Below, one piece after another: positions 54,551 through 64,000 of a DNA stretch of 64,000 nt (position 1 is its first letter; each line of letters starts with the position of its first letter). Below the pieces are notes generated by a model. It made no database searches and was not told where the DNA came from. It was given only the letters and a program-made list of their open reading frames with translations. The DNA comes from Octopus sinensis (lineage: Eukaryota), in the NCBI RefSeq assembly GCF_006345805.1, contig NC_043010.1, positions 20,832,001 to 20,896,000 of the forward strand. The letters are read 5' to 3'. Position numbers and translations under genes: made by a program.

Positions 54551-55938
54551 AATAAAACAATAATGATCCTTTCTATTATAGGCACAAGGCCTGAAATTGT
54601 GGGAGAGGGAGATAGTAGATTACATCAACCCAAGAGCTCAACTGGTACTTAATTTATGGAGCCTGAAAAGATGTAAAGCAAAGTCGATCTCAGCAAAATT
54701 TGAACTCAGAATGTAAAGGCGAACAAAATGCCGCTAAGCATTTTGTTCGGAATTCTAAACTGGTGGGAAAAACAATAAAAATAAACGAACGAATTTATAT
54801 AATATCGGAATAATATCAAAATGATAAAAGGTTAATACTTCAGTCCTTCTGATATATAAAGGATTCGATTCGACCTCGGACCAGTGCAGGAAGCACGCAG
54901 ATCTAACGGCATCTGAACATGGAAGGCAAGTGTTGCTTCGAACTGTCGTTCTTCGTCCTTTAAGTTTCTTATACTCAGATTAGTTCCATCCACTCATGCC
55001 ATTTTCGCAACAACCCTTACCTTTCCATTTCAAGTGAAACTTAGGAAAATAAATTTGACAAGTAATCCACACGAGGGAAAAATATCTGTTCTGACGACCT
55101 TCAAACTGAGCCACCATAAAAACCTCTTTCCCTTTAAAAACCAGATGCAAGAAGACTAAGTTTCCAGATCAGTTAAAGGACTACGTTCCTAGTTCAAATT
55201 CTTCCGGGGTCAACTTTGGCTTTCATCTTTTCCGGGTCGATAAACTAAGTACCAGTAAAACACTGGGGTCGATGTGATCGAGTAGTGCCCTCCTCCCAAA
55301 TTTGAGGCCTTGTTCCTCCAAAAGAAAGGATTACTACTTACTGATCAATCGTTTCCATGTTTATTCTAGCATCTGCAATTTCCAAATAGGACTTGTCTTT
55401 GTAATGGCTGTCAACAAGTCGTCGGGACAGACTGTGAACAAAAAATTTCGATTATATTTCAGGCTTGAATATTTTTACCCATTGGTAACCGCATATTACA
55501 TTATCAAGGACAAGCATAGAAAACCAAGAGCATTGTTTAAAAGGAAGTATTTCTTTCAGCAATCAACAGCTCTATTTTAGATATTCAGTGACATTAAAAA
55601 CATTTTTAGTACCATGGTGCTTCGAGCAAAAGAAGAATTTAAAAATATTTTAGGCTTTTATATATTTTTAAAATTTATTGTCAGCTACACTTCAGTTAGA
55701 AATTTTATATTTTGTTTATTTAACCCTTCCTTGGAAATTACCAGGATTTAAAGAAATATTTTAGCCTTCTGGATATTTTTGAAACATCACTATACTAAAC
55801 GTATTTATTTGTTCTACAATTGTTCTGAGAGATTCGATTGTAAACACGTTTTTCATCATCGAAGAACAACTCCTGCCTTTAGCCCTTCTGTGCTCACAGC
55901 ACGCATGATTCCTTCCGTGTTATGAACGGGGAGCGATT

Positions 55939-56117
55939 AGGCGCAGGCTGTGTGGATAAGTGAAGGCGTGGCTGTGTGGACAGACGCTGACGTGGCTGTG
56001 TGGATAGGTGCAGGCGTGGTTGTGCGGACAGGCATAGGCGTGGCTGTGTGCATAGGCGCAGGCGTGCCTATGTGAATAGGGGCAGCCATGGCTGTGTGGA
56101 CAGACGCAGGCGTGGAT
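55939..56117 (+). repeat. 24-bp tandem repeat of a SINE-head sequence
   Basis: AGGCGCAGGCGTGGCTGTGTGGA(T/C) about 7 times, running into a SINE body (GGTAAGAA...CAACCACATGGTTCCAGGTTC). Confidence 0.75.
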
Positions 56118-56555
56118 ATTTGGTAAGAATTTTACTCCTCAACCACATGGTTCCAGGTTCTGTCCTACAGCGTGGAACCTTCGCCGAAAGAAATCCATCG
56201 TATATATATATATATATATATATACATACACACACGTGTGTGTGTACTTGTTCCCCATCATCGTGTGACATCCAGTGTTGGTGTGTTTATGTCGCCGTAA
56301 CTTAGTGTTCGGCAAAAGACAACGACAGAATAAGTCCTGGACACGAAAAATGTGGTGGGGCTTATTCATTTGACTAACACCCATAACTTTCAAAGCGGTG
56401 CCCCAGCATGGCCGCATTGCAATGACGAGCAGTTAGAAGTAAAAGTACAAGACTTTATTCCTGTTCGAACCTGCGTGAATGCTTAGAGAAAGGCCAGATT
56501 CGTTATTTACATTATTTACATTTGACGGATATCTGTCCTCATCTTGATTGTTTTT

Positions 56556-56601
56556 AACACAACGTTTCGGCTGATATATCTTCCAGCCTTCATCAGGTGT
56601 C
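56556..56601 (-). ncRNA. Minimal hammerhead ribozyme motif, same family as 36045
   Basis: Reverse strand reads GACACCTGATGAAGGCTGGAAGATATATCAGCCGAAACGTTGTGTT with an intact core. Confidence 0.7.
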
Positions 56602-56854
56602 TTGGGGAAATATCCTTCAAATGTAAATAATGTAAATAATATACATAATTCCTCATCTCTTAAATATAGAACAGATTCGTTCTTGTTTGGCTTCTGGTTT
56701 TTCCTTGTGCACCTCATGGATTATCATCATACATACACCACAGACACGAATTCTCTCGTTGCGAGGTGAACTTGTCACCATCAACAGGTCTCTCACTAGT
56801 TTGGTTCTATTTCATCTAGCCACTTCCGAAGACAATATTCAATCTGTGGTAATA

Positions 56855-57210
56855 ATAGTAACAAGAGCACTCAAAGAGCGCCGACTTCCGCCAAGGCAAC
56901 ATCAACGTCCTCTCAACGATTAGCCAGAGATAATTTTTAAGATGAGAATATCTGAAATATATTCGAATGCTCTCACAAACGAGAATACTAAAAATGAACC
57001 CGACCGCTCTCAAAACTTAAATAAAAAGTAATTCAGAATTCAGAATTCTTGTTAGTTCGTGCCAGACATGAGACCAAACATCTCTGAAAGTTTCATCCAA
57101 ATCTATTCAGCAGTTCTTGCGATATCTTGTCCACGGACAAACAAACAAACAAACAAACATCACTGAAACAATATCTCCGACTTCGCCAAGGCGGGGGTAA
57201 TAATAATAAC

Positions 57211-57248
<38 letters not shown>

Positions 57249-57590
57249 TAACAAGAGCACTCAGAGAGTGCAAACCTCCACCAAGGCAACACCAACGTCC
57301 TCTCAACGATTAGCCAGAGATGATTTTTAAGATGAGAATATCTGAAACGAGAATACTAAAAATGAACCCGGCCGCTCTCAAACATTAAGTAACAATCAGG
57401 AAAAATAATTCAGAATCCTTGTTAGGTACCAGATCGGTCCCAAAATCTAACCAGTTTGTGCCAGTCACAAGACCAAACGTCCCTAAAAGTTTTATCCAAA
57501 TCCACCCAGCGGTTCTTGAGATATCTTGTTCACGGACAAACAAACAAACAAACAAAAACTCCAGCTTTACGAAAGCGGAGGTTATAAAAA
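56855..57590 (-). mobile_element. Two tandem copies of a Helentron/DINE-1-like non-autonomous element
   Basis: 56860-57200 and 57250-57590 share AACAAGAGCACTCA..CCAAGGCAAC..CTCTCAACGATTAGCCAGAG and an internal (AAAC)n; the family assignment is by resemblance only. Confidence 0.5.
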
Positions 57591-58016
57591 ATAATTTTGT
57601 TGAACATAAGAAAAAACAAAACAAAAAACAAACAGACAAACAAACAAACAAAAAAGCGGTTGATGGGGAAAATATGGTAGCTTTTTATATAGATAGTCAT
57701 GGCAAAAGAAACTTTGATATATCGAATTAATCTGTGCTGATGAGGTTTGATAAAGCCGAAATGGGACCATTCTGTTAATAATAAAGGATCTTATGATAAA
57801 ACATGAATGCTCTTGCCTTTCCCTTTTTCCGAAAGAAAAAAATAAATCAAAGAAATTCTTCAACTTAAAAAACTAGAAAAAGGTAAAAAAAAAGGTGATT
57901 CTCTCCATTGAAGTACACAGCCACCCTTGGCCTCTGTCTGTCTGCCTGCATGCATGCCTGCTTGTCTGTCTCTTTCTTTCTTTCTTCTTTCTTTCTTTCT
58001 TTCTTTCTTCTTTCTT

Positions 58017-58062
<46 letters not shown>

Positions 58063-58257
58063 GAGAGCACGCCCAGCAAGCAACAAGCACATAACATAAT
58101 GACGTTATGTTTTTTTTTTATCTCACTATGCGATAATAATGTTTTTTTTTCTGATGAATTTAAGCTTTTTTTTAATCCACAGAAATACACAACCAGCAAC
58201 AACAACATGAAGCAAACATTGCGATCCAGAGGGGAAGAGGAGGAGGAGAAGAGGCGC

Positions 58258-58309
<52 letters not shown>

Positions 58310-59054
58310 ATACAAGGCCAGTAATTGGGGGGAAGAGTAGTGGATTCTATCGACTCCCGGTTGTTAACTGGTATTTTTCTTTTTATAGATTCCCGAAAGG
58401 GTGAAAAGCAAAAGTGACCTTGGCAGTATTTGAACTCATAAAGTAAAGAATCGGAAGAAATATCACTAAGCGTTTTCACCAGCATGCGAACAGTTCTTCC
58501 AAAACGTCGACAGATATGGGCAGAGCGCACTCTTGGAAAATTTCCCAAGAAACCGTTAGAATTGTTTTTTAAAGAGAAACCCTCCGAAAAAAAGAACCGA
58601 ACTTCTGCCGGCCATTCTCAAAAACTAAGGTGGATAACCTCTTCTTTATGACGTCACTCAAAGCATGATGTGTAAATGTAGGTGGTCAGGAGTCAGTTTC
58701 GAACCGCACTTGCTCAGTGACATCATCTTACTGCACATCTCAAAATGGTAGCCATTGCCGAGATCAGATCCGTTTTTGAATAATCTGGTGTTCCGAGTGG
58801 ATCGTGCGAAGGAGTGATAGTACTGTTCCCGATAGAACTGAGTTTAAAGTTGTAGACAAGCACCCGTGCTGATGGTAAGTCGGTGGTGGTTATTGGATGT
58901 AAAGACAATGCTTTCGGATTAGTGTCCATCCATAAGGCAAGACGGCCGGATTCCATTAGCCGTTTAGAAGCTTTCTTCACATTGTCCCGCTCTTTAGTAC
59001 TTGTGGGGGACTAGAAATGTATTTTAGACGCATGATGGTATTGTGTGGGTTTAA

Positions 59055-59289
59055 GGCGGCGAGCTGGCCGAAACGTTAGCACGCCGGGCGAAATGCTTAG
59101 CGGTATTTCGTCTGCCACTACGTCCTGAGTTCAAATTCCGCCGAGGTCGACTTTGCCTTTCATCCTTTCGGGATCGATAAATTAAGTACCAGTTACGCAC
59201 TGGGGTCGATGTAATCGACTTAATCCGTTTGCCTGTCCTTGTTTGTCCCCTCTGTGTTTAACCCCATGTGGGTAGTAAAGAAATAGGTA
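59055..59289 (+). mobile_element. tRNA-derived SINE, full length with target-site duplication
   Basis: GGCGGCGAGCTGGC head, GAGTTCAAATTCC B-box, central GCCTTTCATCCTTTCGGG.TCGATAAATTAAGTACCAG; flanked by TGT(G/A)TGGGTTTAA. Confidence 0.9.
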
Positions 59290-60813
59290 GTGTATGGGTT
59301 TAACCAACTAGAGATATGTGTGGAAAGAATCTATAAAAAAATGATAATCTAGTCAGACACTGATAACGATTTGTCAGATAGTGATTGGATTAGCAGATAA
59401 TGTGGATGGGCATGAGCATCCACAATGTGCTTGGATAGTATGTTCTTAGCGGATAGAGAAAGTGTAGAGTGTTCACATTTTAAAACAGTTAAGCTATACT
59501 GACCATAAATATGTGAGCTGTTCGGTCGCTTAAATAAAATTCGTTTGACAGGAATCGGATTATTGGGAGGTGAGCATGCTTTTACCGCTGCTCAGAGACT
59601 ACGGAAATTTCAGCTGCAGTTGACAGGATGATCATCAACAAGCAGTGGTGGGGCAGGCTGGAACGGACGATTAGATATGATTCGACAATGTTTAGTAAAA
59701 AGCTAGAAATAGAGACTAATTAGAGTAATTTGTTAGCGAGCTTGAAGAGGTTGTTAGCAAAGACATCACAAGCGACTTGATAGTCGAGAGAATGGCTATT
59801 GGCTATTTCTTCCGTGTGAAATATGAAAGCTGCGTTGCTAGAGATAGGGTTCATGTGCTAAAACAGGGAGAACAAAAGTCATCTTATGTGCTCGAGGGTT
59901 AGAGGTGTAACAGATGAACAAAGCCATATTTCAGTCTTTGATGGTCAGGGAGGGTGCATGCTAATCGCCTCCAAGCAATTGTATACGGCGTTCCCAGTAG
60001 CAGTGTAGTAAGCTCGACTCCGGAGTGAGTGATTGGTCAGAGACGCTAATGGACGTTAGTAGCTAACTCGACGGTTTGCCGCGACCCTTAGTGGGGGCCA
60101 CAAGAAAGATTTGTAATAGCAATTGACATGTGAGAGTTAGTGAATGGCTGCTCGGGGGACAAATTGCCTGGTTTGGATCGCCTGATCTATGCATCTTAGG
60201 ATTGTAAACAAGCTTTATCAAAAGAAAAGTAATCGCTTCCTTGGCGTTACTGAGAGATTTATCAACCTGTGATATCTAATTGAGGTAAGACGGTTTACAT
60301 GCCTAAGTTTAAATAATTTAGTGATGGGTTCAGCCTGGATCTCTAACAACATATCCACTGCTAAATGTGCTACTCAATAACTACAACTTATATAAATATA
60401 GCTAACAGGGTGTATCGCACGAAAGCATGCTACGCTTTGAATAATACTCGTGTATGGGTTATAGCAGAGCTGCAATAACTAATATTGAAGGATGTTGGGA
60501 TGACGGGACAAGCAAATAGGAAACGGCGATATCCATGCTGCGTAGTGGGTCGTTAATAACGTAAACAGAAACGAACTTCAAGTTTAATTATTCTCAGGCA
60601 GAAGATCTGGTCTGAACATCTGCAATATGGTGAAAAACCCATAAAGGCATAACAAGGGGCCAGCACTTTTCTAGTCATACCTCACCAGAAATACAACAGT
60701 CTTACCATAAGCTCTTCAGCACAATTTCTGTGTAATCATTTCCACTTGAAAAGGCAAAGGTCGGTCGAAGACTGAGGTGAAAACCACTTGCCCAGATTTT
60801 TGTATGGTTTCTG

Positions 60814-60947
60814 TTTGTACACATACGTTGCCTTCCAAAGGGTTTCTTTTTTCTTTGGTGTCATTGTCTGCAATAAATGATTTTTGTTTAATATTAATGA
60901 TTGTAACAAATTTTAATTGCTTCTTTTTGTTTTATTTCTATTGACAG
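60814..60947 (+). promoter_or_regulatory. Conserved acceptor-proximal intronic block and 3' splice site, copy 4
   Basis: Same block (TTTGTACACATACGTTGCCTTCCAAAGGGTTT...CTATTGACAG); homology stops against unrelated sequence just upstream. Confidence 0.8.
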
Positions 60948-61763
60948 GTTTATGGCATGGCGGCAGTTGTGTTTGTTATACTGTCCGTATTGTCTTTCAT
61001 CGTAGCTACTCATCCAGCTTGCCGAGTTCAAAGGAATCATGGTTTTTGGAAACGATTACACAGTAACAACACGGAACTCTGGGATATGTACCCCATTGCA
61101 CCTCATCCAGCATTGATTATAATCGATTTTATTTGTCTAGCATTCTTCTCATGTGACTTGTTCTTCAGGTTCATCACTTGTCCAGAATGGAAAAATTTCG
61201 CGAAGAATTCACTCAACTATGTCGACTTCGTTGCGATTCTTCCTGATTATATCGACATTATTGTTGTCTACACAGTTGAGGCAAATGTTGCATTGGAAAC
61301 CATGCACTACGTGAATCTTTTAAGGATCTTTCGTGCCCTCAGGATTTTCCGCTTGGTCCGTTATGTTCCAGGCTTGTGGATCATGCTGTACACATTCAAA
61401 GCCAGTTTCTGGGACTTGTTGTTGATGATTTGTTTTATGAATGTCGGTATGATTATGTTTGCCACTTTCATCTATTACGCCGAGGAGGAAAATTTCCACC
61501 ATATTCTCATTGGTATGTGGTGGGCACTGATCACTATGACTACGGTTGGTTATGGAGATATGATTCCAACGAGTAGCGTAGGAAAACTTATTGGTTCTGT
61601 TTGTGCTATTGCTGGTGTGTTAATGGTCGGTTTCACTGTTCCTATAATCGTCAATCATTTCTCCATGTACTACAAACACATGCAATCCATGCAAGCAGCA
61701 CGAAAACGCGACGAAAGAGCCAAGAAAGAAATGGATAGGGTTACAAAATTGACACAAGAGTAA
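60948..61763 (+). CDS. Shaw/Kv3-related K+ channel terminal coding exon, copy 4 (C-tail truncated)
   Basis: Acceptor AG at 60946-60947; GTT TAT GGC ATG in frame with ORF 60957..61763. Intact S1-S6 and TTVGYGD; early TAA relative to copy 3. Confidence 0.92.
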   Translation, partial: VYGMAAVVFVILSVLSFIVATHPACRVQRNHGFWKRLHSNNTELWDMYPIAPHPALIIIDFICLAFFSCDLFFRFITCPEWKNFAKNSLNYVDFVAILPDYIDIIVVYTVEANVALETMHYVNLLRIFRALRIFRLVRYVPGLWIMLYTFKASFWDLLLMICFMNVGMIMFATFIYYAEEENFHHILIGMWWALITMTTVGYGDMIPTSSVGKLIGSVCAIAGVLMVGFTVPIIVNHFSMYYKHMQSMQAARKRDERAKKEMDRVTKLTQE

Positions 61764-62029
61764 AATGAACAGAAGTTCCTTATCCGAACGAAGCGAAAAA
61801 AGAACCCCAAAATTCTTCGAAACCCCAAAATAGAGTTACAGTGAGTGTAACACAAGAAAGCTCAAATCAATATGGACAAACTTCTCTTTCAAATCCGCCA
61901 CCTCCTTCCTTTGAAGGTTTATCAAACACCAAAAGTGACCGGCGATTGCGTTCTGGTATGACTAGAAGCGTAACGTCCGGTAATTACGATTACCAAACGG
62001 TAAATGGATTAGGAGAAACTAAAATGTAG
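61764..62029 (+). pseudogene. Out-of-frame relic of the C-tail after the copy 4 stop
   Basis: ORF 61841..62029 (SVTQESSNQYGQTSLSNPPPPSFE...ETKM*) is nearly identical to the copy 3 tail but lies in another frame. Confidence 0.85.
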
Positions 62030-62151
62030 TACTCTGCAAAGATTATTGGGATATTTTAGATGTTACAGACCAGAGTTCACATTTCACCTCTGGACAAGAT
62101 ATAAATGCCATAAAAGTATTCTCATTATAAGACATTATTACTACCATTATT

Positions 62152-62533
62152 CTAAAGGCGGCGAGCTGGCAGAAACGTTAGCACGCCGGGCGAAATGCTT
62201 ACCAATATTTCGTCTGCCGCTACGTCCTGAGTTCAAATTCCGCCGAGGTCGACTTTGCCTCGGCGTCGATTAAATAAGTACCAGTTACGCACTGGGGTCG
62301 ATGTAATCGACTCAATCCGTTTGTCTGTCCTTGTTTGTCCTCTCTGTGTTTAGCCCCTTGTGGGTAGTAAAGAAATAGGTATTTCGCTCAACGCTACGTT
62401 CTGTGTCCAAATTTCGCCGTGCTCGACTTTGACTTTAATCCTTTCGGGGTCGATAAAATAACTTCTAGTTGAGCAGTTGGGTCGATGTAATTTACTCATC
62501 TCCAAACTGCCCTTGTGTCAAAATTTTGAAATA
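62152..62533 (+). mobile_element. SINE inserted in the copy 4 3' flank/UTR
   Basis: TSD ATTA(C/T)TACCATTATT at 62137-62151 and 62534-62548; the empty site is visible in copies 1 and 3. Confidence 0.9.
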
Positions 62534-62917
62534 ATTATTACCATTATTATAGTTAATGCGGTGTGTGAAGCCAGTGAAAACCGTACAATGATGGACTAAA
62601 AGCATCATTAACTTCCGTCATTGAAATCCTGTTCAGATAGGATTTTGGTTTGTCTAGGGTCGATATTTTTTAGCTGCAATCAGCTGGAGTCGACTCTTAA
62701 TCACTATATAACTTCACGCCATCTTTGAAAGAAGGCACCGGTTGTAATGGTGTGACGATGATGATTGGAATAATAATAGTTCTTTCTACTATAGGTACGA
62801 GGCCTGAAATTTGGGAGGTGGACAGTCGATTACCTCGACTCCAGTACGCAACTGGTACCTATTTTTATCGATCCCGAAAGGATGAAAAGCTAGTTCGACG
62901 CTGGCAGAATATAATGA

Positions 62918-62979
<62 letters not shown>

Positions 62980-63385
62980 ATAATAATAATAATAAATAAT
63001 AATAACAACAACAAGAGGTTTGCCTCCTTGGCACAGCTAGAATAATCAGGAAAGCATTAAATAGCTGAAAAGAATGGATAGTATGGTACCGTAGGCTGCA
63101 GGTAGCAAACTCGATACGCATGCAATACTCCAAGCGCTCCAACAAAACTTGTGATGAAAAGAAATATTAATCCTTTCTAAATTAGGCACAAAGCCTGGAT
63201 TTGGTGGGGAGGGGGACAGTCGATCAAATTAATCCCAGTGTTTCACTGGTACTTAATTTATCAACTCCGAAAGGACGAAAGGCAAAGTCGACCTCGGTGG
63301 AATTTGAACTCAGAACGTAGCGGCAGACGAAATACCGGTAAGCATTTCGTCCAGCGTGCTTACGTTTCTGCCAGATCGCTGCCTC

Positions 63386-63460
<75 letters not shown>

Positions 63461-64000
63461 AACAATAATAATAATAATAATAATATAATAATAATAATAG
63501 AAAGGGTGAAGATAGTGCCGATCATCGTTTAGCACTTGAGGATAGTACCAGAATCCATCACGAGGAATATGAAGGAAATGGTTACAAAGATAAGACATGT
63601 AGATTCATTAATATAAGTTTATCATCAGACTGAAATAATATCGACAAAAATCTTTAAAAAATAAAAAATGCAACGATTTAGAGTAGAAAAATATAACTCC
63701 TACCAATTTGGTGTAATAAAAATATAGATGCAAGAAATATCTTAGTAACATTCTTGGTGAATTATTTCTCAAATAATTTAAAAAAATTAATCATTCGCTA
63801 GCAAGGCACACATTCACCGCTGCGCCTATAAATTTTATATATATTTGGATATACACAATATATTATATCTATATATATATGAAATACAAAAATTCTATAA
63901 TTATAAGCATAATTATAACTAGGGTTCAGAAAATTGCTTCACCACATATCGAAATTTTAGAAATAGCAGTTAAATGCCATTCCACTACCATAAGATATCT

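Overview
This is AT-rich, repeat-dense animal DNA, most likely from an octopus or another coleoid cephalopod (inferred from the tRNA-derived SINE families and the (AAT)n/(AT)n microsatellite load). The only host-gene content I can support is four paralogous + strand exons at 1203, 19042, 45391 and 60948. Each encodes the whole membrane module (S1-S6, TTVGYGD filter) and C-tail of a Shaw/Kv3-related voltage-gated K+ channel. Each begins at a homologous phase-0 splice acceptor (TTGACAG|) preceded by a conserved ~140-150 nt intronic block. I find no T1 (BTB/POZ tetramerisation) exon between the copies. The leading hypothesis is one gene with a shared upstream T1 exon and an array of alternative terminal whole-channel exons. 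These differ in S4 charge, turret, the TEA/C-type-inactivation residue and C-tail, and have been shuffled by gene conversion. The spacers hold R4/Dong-type RLE retrotransposons in (TAA)n tracts (one near full length), hammerhead-ribozyme-bearing Penelope-like repeats (including a 394-bp spacer-less palindrome), SINEs, a Helitron, a Tc1/mariner deletion derivative, L1/Tx1, Penelope and piggyBac relics, and microsatellites. Family names and the absence of T1 rest on reading by eye, not on database searches.
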